Part shown: positions 29,239-41,630 of the stretch, one piece after another
Position numbering within the stretch: position 1 is the first letter of the stretch
Layout: each line of letters begins with the position of its first letter
Assembly: GCA_951406725.2 (NCBI GenBank)
Contig: OX597834.1
Location: 8,184,001-8,248,000 of the forward strand
Direction: 5' to 3'
Length of the DNA stretch: 64,000 nucleotides
Origin: Octopus vulgaris
Lineage: Eukaryota
Notes under the pieces: model-generated
The model's input: only the letters and a program-made list of their open reading frames with translations
Databases searched by the model: none
What the model was told of the DNA's origin: nothing
Program-made: the position numbers and the translations under genes

Positions 29239-29443
29239 GGGAGAGTTTACGAAAAAATACAAAAGACAAAGACAGGTGGTGTACAAAACAAACAGACATA
29301 TTAGTATAGCGCTCAGAAATAGAAAAAGTCTTTTTTACGTTTCGAGCCTACGCTCTTTTACAGAAAGGGACAGATAAAACAAAGAGAGAAACAAAGAGAG
29401 AAAGAAATGTGTGTAGTGACTAACAATTTGCCATGGCGACTGA
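29237..29443 (-). mobile_element. Penelope-like pLTR remnant, family P6 (layout similar to P5)
   Basis: between (TA)n tracts; minus strand TTT-CTGTAAA-a-GAGC-gtag-GCTC-GAAA-CGTA-AAA at 29333-29366. Confidence 0.6.
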
Positions 29444-30214
29444 TATATATGTATATATATGTTATAACGATAGGGAATATGGAGACTACATCCTCAAAAT
29501 TTCTTTCCTTTTATTTTACGGTTTGTTACACAGCATATTTTTATGGTTACGCTGACCTACTCATGTTTCTGCTGCATAGAGTATGAACAAAATCATATGC
29601 AACGGTACGCACTCTGCTAAGAGGAAACACGCGTAGGGCGTCGTAACCATAAAAACGTGCTGTACGACATTGCAAAATTAAAGAAAATATATTTTGAGAA
29701 TATACTAGTCTCCATATCTTTTCGATCGTTATAATTCTTGCTTTTATACACACCAGATATTATTATCGGAATTTACAGCGTGAATGAAAACTTCTTGTAA
29801 TCATGGATGATAAATATTTATTGGTTCGGTTAGCCGTAATCTGGAATACAAATAAAAGCTACTACAGTGTCAACCTAAATGACATAACACTCTAAATCCA
29901 CAAAGACTCACACATAAACATACTGACACACACATGCAAACACACGCACACGCACGCATATACAACACACACAGAAACACGCAAACACACACTGACACAA
30001 ACACACACACACACAACACTCACGCACACAAACAAACACATATGTGCTAAGAGATGATTTTAAGTATTTCACACATGGCAGCTTTGCGATCCACATTCAG
30101 GTATGGCCCAGTATTACAATTTTGGAACGATAGAAATATCCCAAGTATAGATCATAACTAAACATCAGGGAGTAACCTAAAACTCCGAAGGTAAAACACC
30201 ACCAGTTAAGTAGC

Positions 30215-30565
30215 ATCAGTCATCATCATTGTTCGACCGTGGTCGAGACAATGGAACTTACCATGCTACGCCAGACTTCACGGTCCATCATAGCGTTACG
30301 GAGGTCCTGTTGCTGGATGTCTGTATCCCTGGAGATTACATCAGGATAGGAGAGTGTTCGCCCTCTGGTATCGCGAGCAGAAGGCTTCCACAGGAGAAGA
30401 GTAGAATTTACCTCGTTTTCAGCTCTACAACAATGTCCAGCAAACTGGACTCTCCTACCTTTCACAAGAGATGATTACAGGTGGTAATTTTCCATATATT
30501 TGTACTTTGGTTGGATGACGCTTCCACGTGAGATTTTGAGCTCTCATAAGGAGGCGAGTGTACTT
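30215..30565 (-). mobile_element. RTE-clade LINE 3' fragment
   Basis: YTRLLMRAQNLTWKRHPTK..RRVQFAGHCCRA..LLLWKPS..MMDREVWR, followed by a (TGA)n tail. Confidence 0.85.
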
Positions 30566-30614
30566 CCATAATACACAAAAACGTTTAGAGAGTTAGCTGT
30601 ATTGTTTAGGAGAT

Positions 30615-30759
30615 ACTCTTTTACTCTCTTACTTGTTTCAGTCATTTGACTGTGGTCATGCTGGAGCACCGCCTTTAGTCGAATAAAATCGACCCCAGGA
30701 CTTATTCTTTGTAAGCCTAGTAATTATTATATCTGCCTCTTTTGCCGAACCGCTAAGTT

Positions 30760-30760
<1 letters not shown>
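30615..30760 (-). mobile_element. SINE family A 3' fragment
   Basis: tail homology. Confidence 0.88.
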
Positions 30761-30831
<71 letters not shown>

Positions 30832-30921
30832 CTACATCTATGTACATCCATACATAGATGTATATGTGCTTGTATCTATATCTATCTATCTATATATATA
30901 AATGTGTATATGTATATGTAT

Positions 30922-31514
30922 ATAGGAAAAAAGCAACAAGAATGGATTAAAATCTTGGTACAGTTGTTTCGTACGCGGACATATTTAATAAGCTACAAAA
31001 AAATGCAGTAAATATAGATGGCTCGTACTCGTCAGCCGAAAAAACATCAGAGAATTCCCAAACATCAAAAGGGGTAGATACAAATGAGGGTGTAAGATTA
31101 ATTGCATTGAAGTAAGTTCGATTCCTGGAGATCCGATGAAAGGTCTTGAACTTACAGAATTTGTGCATGTCTATATATCGCTCATATTGAATTGTTAATC
31201 AAGTTATGTGAAGAAATTTCGGATACAGTCATGCGAAATTTCTGAAAATCCGAGTAAGAAGCAAAGTGACTGTCATTTCGGCTGACGAGTACGAGCCATC
31301 TATATTTACTGCATTTTTTGTAGCTTATTAAAGATGTCCTCGTACGAAACAATTGTACCGAAATTTTAATCCATTCTTGCTGCTTTTTTCCTATTTGTAA
31401 TCACCCCACTTGTCGTATGGTTTACACCATATAGATTTCCGGTGCATCCTAGTTAAGGACCATATACATGTGAATTCATTAGAATTCACTTGAATCTCAA
31501 TTACTTAAACCGTG

Positions 31515-31515
<1 letters not shown>
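30922..31515. mobile_element. Penelope-like foldback element, family P2
   Basis: ~120-bp inverted arms 30922-31041 / 31276-31394, each a complete hammerhead; the plus copy continues to (TA)n at ~31515. Confidence 0.85.
31275..31364 (+). ncRNA. type-I hammerhead ribozyme with intact core and extended stem II
   Basis: stem I ATTTCGG/CCGAAAT, CTGACGA, stem II GTACGAG/CTCGTAC, GAAA, palindromic stem III ACAATTGT, GUA cleavage triplet ending at 31357. Confidence 0.88.
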
Positions 31516-31564
<49 letters not shown>

Positions 31565-32342
31565 CATATTTATGTATGATTGCATGTACGTTTTGGTGAG
31601 TGTAGAACCACCTCTTAGCCAATATTGTTCTCTGGTCTGCACTGACCTGCTGTAGTACCATTTGTGAAGGCCCCACCCATGGGTTACCTAGTATATAAAT
31701 AACGAAATGTACAAACACTGGGATTGATTTCCGAGGGTGTAGTAAAACACAGGGTGTGAAGCACCCTGATTTTTATCAACTCATACATAAAACCTACCGT
31801 TCTACTGAACGTACCGTTCTATCTTGCGTCTTGCATGTTTCTGGGCCAAATTATCCGGCATCCTTCTTATTGTCTTTTGGCTTTAAAACAAGATCAAATT
31901 TTACATGTACCATCCTGACACACATTCACAGCGCTTCTTCAAATTCTAGTTTTAATGACATACAGAAGACAACCCAAACTTAATTAATAGTCAAATAAAT
32001 CCTCTGAGCAGAAACGTTTACACATTTGTTGCCTAAAACATCCACGCCTCACGTTAGTGCCATGCTTCTGTTGGTTGTTGAACATCCAATCTTAACTTGC
32101 AATGTCTGTGTTCAGTGTGCTGCGGTTACTTTTAGGTGTGTTCCCTTTCTCTTGTTATTACTGCGTTAGGTTTGCTTGCTCATCTGTTAAATTATTATTT
32201 ACCGATATATTTTTCAGTTTATCTTTGTTTTGCATCCACCTTCCTATTTCAAATCCGTGTAGGTCATTCTCCCTTTAAAGCTATATATCAAAATAGGAAT
32301 AAGAACATTTATAAAACGTAGACTTTTTCTCAGTTTCCACTA

Positions 32343-32370
32343 ATTATTATTATTATTATGTTCATTGTTA

Positions 32371-32464
<94 letters not shown>

Positions 32465-32468
32465 CATC

Positions 32469-32533
<65 letters not shown>

Positions 32534-32534
32534 C

Positions 32535-32617
<83 letters not shown>

Positions 32618-32625
32618 CATCATCA
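32343..32625. repeat. (ATT)n microsatellite with (ATC) interruptions
   Basis: direct inspection. Confidence 0.98.
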
Positions 32626-34142
32626 GTCATTTTTTTTTAAATTAAAAGAAACCATTATTAACATTAAATGTTTAAGTGTTTGAAACGAATTATTGTTAAT
32701 GCGATTATAATATTCGGACTATTAACCTCATCTCTAGAGTTGAAGCCTTTGTTTGGCTTTTTTTTTTATATTTATAACTACTCTATGTTTTGGTCGGTTT
32801 GATCTCTGATCATCATCAATTTTCTTTTGATGTCCTCTTTCAGATCAATAGTCCGAAACATTATAATCATACTAATATATTGTTAGACACAGACATAAAA
32901 TAATTAGACTAACACGAGTCAGAATGACAAGGTAGAAAGTAAACAACACACGCAAAGGCACAAAGGAATGGAACATATATGCAAAACTATGAGACCCTTT
33001 ATGTCCGTACCAAAATGTTGACAGTGTTATTTATACAATAGTTTCGATAATAAGATAATAGACGCGATAGACTCCCTTGAAAATATTGTAAATATGCAGA
33101 CAGAGCATAAGTGAACCTGCATTAGATATATGGAAATATTTATTGTATGCAAACACGCAAACATACACTAGACCGATCAAACACACTTGTGACAGAGCCT
33201 CGCCCGCACACGCAGAAGTACACTCCAATTTACAGACAGAGAGAAACAGAGGCCTCTTTTGAAAGAGGACATTATAAAAATATCTACTGCAAGATTTCTA
33301 AAGTATCTAGGTTAGAATGATAGTTGCTAACACAAAGAACTCTTTGGTCCGCTGAGATTATCAATGTAATATTTTATACAATTTGGAAATAGAAAAATAG
33401 TGTAACGTATTGATGCATAAGTGTTTGAGAGATGTGAATTTAGAGGCAGCACTCAGTAACGATTGTTTAAGAAGAAAGTAAAATTTCAATGTGTAATAGC
33501 AATGTGATATCTCGTAATACAGTTCGGAACGAAAGCGGTCCTGGAAATTGTGAGCGAGGAGACAGAAACTCGATAATCACACAACTGAGATAATTTACAT
33601 ATCAGTTGTAAATGCAAATGTTGAAAATATTTTCATTGATTGAAAAATGAAACATTTTTTTTTATAAAGCAGTGTTGTTATTTATCCTCCACGCAGCTCT
33701 CCATTGATAGACAGAGCTCCGATTAAATATAGATGTAAATTATTCCATACGATCCCTCTTTCATTTCAGAGAGGACGGTAACTCTGAATGGGATTTGGCT
33801 GTGATTTCCATCATGTCGGATCACCTACATTTTAATTTATCAACGGTCAAAATTAACTTCGTGCGAAAATACTGCACATCTTTTTGTTGTCCTTTGAAAA
33901 TTCTTGCCAATTCTTCGTGAATAATAAAGATGCAATTTCATACGCATAACAACGGTTGGAAGAAATATGGATATTGCATACAGAAATTACTCTAGAGAGA
34001 TTTTTCCTATGCAACACGTAAAACAAGATAACTCACTGATGAGAAAATGAGAAATACGTCGTACATGTTTTTAAATGCAAAAGTGCAACACCGATATTTG
34101 GAGAGTTTCACACTCAAAACAAATTGGCTAGAAATCATTATC

Positions 34143-34592
34143 CCATTATCCGACCGCGGCGGAATTTGAACTCAGAACGTAACGGCAGACGACATAACGA
34201 TAAAAATTTCGCCCGGCGTGATAATGTTGGTGCCAGCTCGCCCCCTTGTTATTAGATCGACCCAGTACGCAACGGGTATTTATCGACCAAGAAAGGATGA
34301 AAGGCAGAGTCGACCACGGTTGAATTTAATGTCAGAACGTAATGACAGATGAAATACTTATTTCTTTACTGCCCACAAGGGGCTAAACGCAGAGAGAACA
34401 AAAAAGGACAAACAAACGGATTAGGCCGATTATATCGACCCCAGTGCGTAACTGGTACTTATTTAATCGACCCCGAAAGGACGAAAGGCAAAGTCGATCT
34501 CGGCGGAATTTGAACTCAGAACATAACGGCAGACGAAATATCGCTAAGCATTTCGCCCCTCGTTCAAACGAATCTGCCAGCTCGCCGCCTTA
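34143..34592 (-). mobile_element. SINE family B cluster (young copy, older body, second head)
   Basis: head at 34592; junction gaaatacttatttc at ~34351-34364; more diverged unit below it; second head at ~34150-34246. Confidence 0.88.
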
Positions 34593-35161
34593 ATACTTCT
34601 AAATATAATACTATTCATACTTTCATACATATATTTCCACAATAATTCGTTATTTCTTGTTTTCTATTTGTATTCGTTTTGACAAATCTGTCAACGTTTC
34701 ATTTCATATTTAATATCAATATGCGATTGTTCAGCATTATTAACTACAGAAATACACATACTCTGGTTTTGGTTTTCGAATAAATATTATAATTAAAATA
34801 GGCTTCAGAGAAACACACTTTAGTAGTTTTTAACATATATATATAATATCAGCAAATTTTTTTGTTTTACTTTGAACAATCTACTTTTCTGCGCCAATAA
34901 ATATGTATTTCTACGTAATTATTTTGCATTTCGTTTGCTATAACTGAAGTTATTGCCGGTTATAGCCAGACGACATTTCCGCTGATGACGCTCAGTGAAG
35001 CAAAAAGATGTCCGGCGATGTCTCATCAACGAATATAATTATTCTCTCGTCACATATTTCGCTTACGTCGGTATATATTTTTTTATTCTTAAATACTCGA
35101 TGCGTTAAACATACTTTCATCCACTTAATATACACAAATTTCACCTACTTCAGGAACTCAC

Positions 35162-35229
35162 TTAGCAATCTTGATAAATTTTAAAATACATATGTACCAG
35201 GTATTTTTTTCCCAAGTTTTCAGTGGCAT
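35162..35229 (-). CDS. candidate first coding exon MPLKTWEKNTWYICILKFIKIA (phase-2 end), product unknown
   Basis: ATG directly after a (GAA)n tract, 22 open codons, consensus donor AA|GTGAGT at 35161; no downstream exon identified. Confidence 0.4.
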
Positions 35230-35230
35230 T

Positions 35231-35290
35231 TCTTCTTCTTCTTCTTCTTCTTCTTCTTCTTCTTCTTCTTCTTCTTCTTCTTCTTCTTCT

Positions 35291-35322
<32 letters not shown>

Positions 35323-35460
35323 CTCTTCTTCTTCTCTTTCTCCTCCTCCTCCTCCTTATTCTTCTCATCCTCCTCCTCCTTCTCCTCCTCCTTATTCTTC
35401 TTTTCCTTCTTCTCCTCCTCCTTCTCTTTCTCCTCCTCCTCCTCCTCCTTCATCTTTTTC
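35231..35460. repeat. (CTT)n/(CCT)n polypyrimidine tract
   Basis: direct inspection. Confidence 0.95.
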
Positions 35461-36369
35461 TTAATCTTCACCTACTTTTTCTTTTTCGTCTTCTTTCTTC
35501 AACTCTCTCCTTCCGAAGATTCATTTTTCTTATTTCCTTATTTTTGTTGTTTTTGTTACGTACGGTTGGAGAAGTTAGAAAACTTTCTCGGCCCACACAT
35601 CACCTTAGAGCACCACACCACCCCCCAAAAATAGGTGGCACAACGCCAACCATACTAGTAAGATTGCGCTCCCAAACACTGTAAGATCAAATACAAAGTA
35701 CAATGCTTGCAACATCATCAACATCAGAGATAGCAGAGAGATCAAAATTATCCATCGCTTGCAACTACAACAGCAACACCAGAACTACACCAGGAGTCTG
35801 AAATTCAAAAGCATCGCCGGATACGACAACAAAAACAAATGCAGCTTGAGACAAAGACCCCAACAACACCATCATCCTTATTTCTACCAATATAAACCGA
35901 AAAACACCCGAAACAACCACCCAAGTCGTTTCGCAACCTACCTCTTCCCTCTGCCTCTCAGCCAAACACACACACACAGACATTCGCACAAGCGCATATT
36001 TACTGCCATCAATTTCCGAATCAGATTTCACAGACAGTGATATCTCCACATCTAGAAAAGAAACCGGGGAAGAACCCCGTCGCAAGAACCTAAAGCGAAA
36101 AAGAATCTATACTATAAAAACATGTTGCTTTGCAACACTCATCAGGAAACTCAGATAACACGCTGACAACAATTAGAGGCACATCGATACAGCCAGAAAC
36201 TCAACCGTCAGCACAACCACCGCTACTACCACCAGCATTCCCATTACTACTACGATCTCACATATCATACGAAAACGTGCACAACGACAGCAAGCCACAC
36301 AGACAACTGCTGCGTGCTAGCAATGCGGTGCAGCAAAGGATTAATGGTCCTCCTAGCACGAAGTAAAAA

Positions 36370-36412
36370 TACTGAGACTGGCGCGGGGGGGAGGCACCTG
36401 TTCTTTTAAAGT
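36370..36412 (-). promoter_or_regulatory. candidate core promoter
   Basis: minus-strand TTTAAAAG starting 31 nt upstream of an Inr-like CCAGT (A at 36379), second Inr TCAGT at 36373, GC-rich spacer; repeat-free, CpG-richer region. Confidence 0.4.
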
Positions 36413-37933
36413 GCTACAAGCTCTAATGCTGATGAGCATGTCACTTGAGACATGAAAAAGCATTAAAGAAAAATTCCCCTACAAGGGGAAACCCGTCTTG
36501 TAAATGCAATCAGGAATCTTTTAAGAGGGTTCCCAAAGGAATCCTAACAAGATATGATGGTCAGGCTACCCGTTTTCTAACCGCGCTGGAAAGGTAAAGT
36601 AACCCCAAACTTTTCTTCTCTCTCAAATCTTTCCAGCCAACTTGACTCTCGCCCACCGAAAATGCTAGGCTGTTGCCAAAAATTGAAGCAATTAAGGATG
36701 ACAACCTGGTAAAATAGTTAGCATTTCGAATAGAATTTATAGTGTTATCGCTTTCTGTTATTTATATGCTGCGCGTTAAGCACGCCGAGCAAGTACCAGT
36801 CAAGTACCGAAAATTGCCAGCCTTTACCAAAATTTGAAATAACTATAATTTTTCTTCTTCTACTACTACTACTACTAGTAGTAGTAGTAGCAGCAGCAGC
36901 AGCACCGGTGGCGGTGCTGGTAGTAGAGGGTAGTCACCGTTGGCTTTTTTTAATTCAACGCATTTTACTGATCCATTTTGTTTTTACAGCAAGCACTGCG
37001 ACTCTGGTGATACTTTAGTTAAATGTTTGGCTAGTAAACATATTTTTACCGGAAAGCTTCGCTTCGAGTTCTATGAAGAAGATTTCATTACTTTACCAGC
37101 ACAAAGCAATCCGATTGGTTGCGGCATTATTCACTGGTAACTAAGGAAGAAGGGAAATGGGAAAATATTACCTGAGATATTTCATTCCAACTTCGAAATT
37201 CCCTATTCTTCGAAATAGCAAAGCATCTAACAAGACTACAATCTTTCTGTCACGAATACAGCCGAGGAGCAAATCAACAGAACTTGCCGTAGACGTAGCA
37301 GCAACGGCAATATTTCCTGTGAAAGAACGACGCGATCTACTTACCGAACAGCAGTAATTATAAATAGTTACGAGATTAGATCAGAAGGAACAAAGATATC
37401 ACTGATAAAGAATGTGTGAAACTAAGTACGATATAACAGAGGAGATAGGAAAAAAATATCACTCTGGAGAACTCTCGATTTTCTACAAAAATACATTTCT
37501 ATCGCCCAATTTTAATCTTAGCACCAAAACTCCTGCGTTTTATCATGCATGATTACCACAACAGTTGGTGTCGAGCCATCAATAGCACCAATTGACTGAA
37601 TTCTTAAAGATGACAGAAATGAAGAGTTTATAGTAGTTATAAAGGTATCTTGACTCCGTGTTTTAAATGCTTACAACGAATGAGTTTAGAGGTTTCATGA
37701 AAATGTCCTTTGATGGCTTTTGTTACGTGCAATGGTGTACTTTAAATAACAAATGACAAACTCAAGGAAATAATTGGTTTCGTGATGTGCTAATAACCTT
37801 GTTTAATATATTATTTGTCCTTGTATTTGAAAGAATAGCAGTGCTTATAAAACAAGATATATATTTATGTCGAACGGCAGAGAATACAAAATAGCTGTCG
37901 TCCTACTTGGTAATTGAATGCTGGAAGACTAAC

Positions 37934-37972
<39 letters not shown>

Positions 37973-37975
<3 letters not shown>

Positions 37976-38567
37976 TTTAAATTAATGGCGAGAAATTAGA
38001 TATTAATTTAATTTCCCGCTAATATATATATATAATACAGTTTTACAGAACTTTCAGTTTTTTTATGCTAGACCACTGGTGTGAAATCGATGTTAATTAA
38101 ATTAATATCTAATGTCTCACCCTTATTTTAAATTTAAAATTAAATCAATAAGTTCTCTAACCGGTAAAGGCCGCTGTAGTAAAGTATTATCTGTAGCATC
38201 GGTTTTTCCGGTAATTTAGCGTGCCAAACGAGGATATTTGAAATAGTAGCCACGAGTGTAATGGGTAGGACTGTTTTGCAAGTCTGACTTTGTGTGGACG
38301 TCCTAGTTTGCAGTCCTGCAAACTATATTCAACTTGGACGCTCGTACCGATGATCTACGGACAATTATGTAAGTTACTTAAGTAAGATTGCGTAATTCGT
38401 TGATAGTGAAACATGAATACGAATAATCCGTATTTTTATCACTTTTTCTTTTGTCTTGCTCGATTACGTTTTGGTTGTTTTGCTAAATTTTTCTTGAGAA
38501 CATTTCTTGGTAGTGAGACCGTAGCGGATCTATTTCTAGCATATGGGTATCCACATGGTGGTTTCCC

Positions 38568-38572
<5 letters not shown>
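37973..38572 (+). mobile_element. Penelope-like remnant, family P7
   Basis: between (TA)n tracts; inverted arms 37973-38012 / 38095-38135; decayed hammerhead at 38343-38421. Confidence 0.55.
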
Positions 38573-38612
<40 letters not shown>

Positions 38613-38619
38613 TATAAAT

Positions 38620-38942
38620 ATAAACTTAGATAAACTTAGATATGTTTCGACCAAAGATTGGTCCAGTCCATGTCTAACTTAATAGCACCACCTGATAGGA
38701 TTATTCGAATCCTATTTAAGTCAAGTTTTATTTATGGTCCATTCAAGTAGTGAGTTCTTGTTGGGTGAGTTGTATCCAATTATGGGTCGCTTATCTGGTA
38801 TTCTTTGAAGGAATCTATCCAGACTCCGTTTAAAGTTGATGGGATCCTTTTCCTCTTTGATCTCCCTCGGGACAATGTTAAATAGGGCAGGGCCTGTTGA
38901 GGAAAAGAAATTATGTTGCAGTGTACATGTATGCTGTGATCT
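38620..38942 (-). mobile_element. LINE 3' end (CR1/L2/Jockey-group RT C-terminus plus 3' UTR)
   Basis: open frame 38942-38721 ..FFSSTGPALFNIVPREIKEEKDPINFKRSLDRFLQRIPDK..GY..NSLLEW..stop, then a stem-loop and (tctaagttta)2 tail. Confidence 0.8.
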
Positions 38943-39079
38943 TATATATATATATTGGTTACGTATTAAACTAGAAATAGAAAAGAAAAAGCTATTAGAA
39001 AGTAATTTTTTTGAATGGGACGGCGAATTTAAAAGAATATATGCTAATGTAAGTTTTTTTTTAATGTCTTAAAATACAT

Positions 39080-39290
39080 GAAGGTGGTGAGCAGGCAGAA
39101 TCGTTAGCAAACCGGGTTTAGCAACATTTCGTACGTCTTAACGTTCTGACTTCAAATTCAACGAAGGTGGACTTTGCCTGTCCTCCTTCGGGGTCCATAA
39201 AATAACTACCTCTTGAACATAGGCTCAATTTAATCGACTCATTTACAAGCCCGAAACCGCTTATCGTGTGTCAAACTTTGAAATCAATAT
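39080..39290 (+). mobile_element. decayed SINE family B
   Basis: aaggtggtgagcaggcagaatcgttagc..gactttgcctgtcctccttcggggtc. Confidence 0.75.
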
Positions 39291-40378
39291 ATCTAAAAAA
39301 AAATAAGTGACTTATGATACTTTTGTGATTTTTTTCTAGTGTAATACTTGTATGCTGCTACTGCCTTTGGTGTTAGGATTACAACAGAGTTAAATTGATT
39401 TAGAAATTCATTTTCTTTTGAATCAGTCGGATCCTGAAAGACTAAGAAAACCGAGAATCATCGATCGATGAAAAGCATGAATAAAATCATATTAATTTCT
39501 AAATATCAAACAATATTTTTTTTTACAGTGGCTAATCTCAAATTCTTCTATACTTCTCCAAATGAAAAAAAGAAATGTACTCCTAGACTATTTTTGCTTC
39601 TTAAATTAATTGTCAGTATGATCATCATTAGGCATTTCATTGCCTACCATTACAATCCACGTTCATACTATAGATCAATATGTTCTCAGACAGCGCAGTA
39701 GATTATTTCAAGATGCTCACAGAAATACACATAATTGATGCTTATTCTCTTCCTCCTCCAATCTCTCTCTCTCTCTCTCTCTCTCCCTCTCTCTCTCAGT
39801 ACATGTATATGTGGCTAGGTGTACACAAACACACACACACACACACAAACAAGCACGCAATCTCCAACAGGAAGACGCTCAGAAACAAAATACCAAGATG
39901 GTGACGACTGAAAAAACCTTTAATCATAGGTTTGCTAACTCTTCTTTGATCATAGGTCTTCGTAATCGCTTTTGATGATACGTCTAATCAATCGCTTTTG
40001 AATATCTGTCTGCATACTCGTATTTGAACGGAGACCTACAAATCTCAGGGCCGAACAAAGTTAAAACAATAAATGCATAGCCTTTATGGTTATTGCCAAA
40101 TTTCGAACCTATAACAATATCATCGTTAATTTCAAAACTAAACACAAGGCTACGTATGTGTATCTAACGTGATGACCTTTGCTATTGATTTCCAGATAAC
40201 CCGAGAAGGGAATACGTACCTTTTAACTCACTGTAACACAAAATAGATGCACAATATATTTCTCTTATGCACCAAATTGAGGGACCTATTGGACAATGCA
40301 TGCAAGGGTATACTTTAAAAAATGTATATATATGTACGTATGTATGTATATTTGCTTGTTTGTCTGTGCGTAGATATA

Positions 40379-40582
40379 CAGAGTGTCCGCCTTAAAACAA
40401 AAACTATAAACACACTTCGGGAAACGAAAAATCTGTATAGATATTTTAATCCAGTGTTATCTCATTTTGTTAAAATTTCGAAGGAGGTATTATATTTATA
40501 GACGAACTTATCCGAGTTAAATATTTATAAAGAGGGACACATTTCCTGAAGTGTGTATATATTTTTTGCAGGGTGGACTCTT
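40379..40582. mobile_element. Tc1/mariner-type MITE
   Basis: imperfect TIRs cagagtgtccgcc..acacacttcgggaaa / tttcctgaagtgtgt..gggtggactctt with TA flanks. Confidence 0.6.
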
Positions 40583-40962
40583 TATGTATGTATTAATATC
40601 CGAATGGGTCATCCAACACGGAATCAGTGTAGTATCCTCTAAAAATTTTTTTTCTGTTACGACTTTTCTTGTTCCTAATTTATAATTAAATTAATTATAA
40701 TTAATTTAATCTCTTCCATGTTTCTGACATGTTGGTGTTACCATTTGAAGCGATCGTATGCATGGATTAAAAATTAACACCTTCTCTTCTCCATCTTTAA
40801 TTGTTTGTTGAGTATAATACACCTTATACTTGTATAGTTTTCCTATTTTTTAATAAAATACATGCAATAGCAAGCTATAAATGTAATATTAAAGTATCTT
40901 TATTAGAAATCTTACTTTGGTCCCCCTAATGTAAAACTGTTCTAATTGAACTCAACCTTTCT

Positions 40963-41032
40963 CGGTGCTATTAAGTTAGATATGGCCTGGACAAATCTTT
41001 GGTCGAAACATATCTGAGTCTATCTAAGTTTA
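40963..41032 (+). mobile_element. isolated 3' tail of the 38.6-kb LINE family
   Basis: ggtgctattaagttaga..tttggtcgaaacatatct..tctaagttta matches the reverse complement of 38620-38690. Confidence 0.85.
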
Positions 41033-41039
41033 TATATAT

Positions 41040-41101
41040 ATTGGTAAAAACGGTAAGATAACAAAAGAAAGAGACCTCGATATTAAGTAAGTAAAGGAAG
41101 T

Positions 41102-41105
<4 letters not shown>
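41040..41105 (-). mobile_element. family P3 3' fragment
   Basis: reverse complement matches aatatcgaggtctctttcttttgttatcttacc; flanked by TA runs. Confidence 0.7.
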
Positions 41106-41157
<52 letters not shown>

Positions 41158-41630
41158 GTATATCTGTGTAAGTGTGTATTTATATATATAAAGAGAGAGA
41201 GAGGGGGAGATAAGCAGACACCCAGACAGGCAGAAGTAACTTACACACTTATATAGGTGTCTGCTCGCAAGCTAATTAGGTCACTATCAAAATAATGAAA
41301 TCGAAGATTTTAATAAATTTTTACTAATTACTTGTGTCAGACACAAGAGTAATTAGTAAAATTTATTAGATTAAATTATTCTTGAAGCCAAAGGGGTGTA
41401 ACCTTTACCTTAATGTTAAAACAGCCGAGAAGTAATCAAAAAGTTGAAATTCATCCAGCATTAACATAAAACAAATCTTCCACAGTCTCATATAGAAAAT
41501 TCACAACCGCTTAATAACAAAGGTTGTCGACTTCGCGTAATCGACCACGAACCTAATTCTGGAATAGTTATGCAATATTAACTAGAATTCCACAATTTAC
41601 TTTTGGTTGTCTGCATTAACAACACAGCCC

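Noticed and set aside
36424-36466. Hairpin taatg-CTGATGA-gcatgtc..gacat-GAAA-aagcatta resembling a hammerhead or SECIS
   Set aside because: No stem III or NUH site for a hammerhead; helix II too short and no apical AA for a SECIS.
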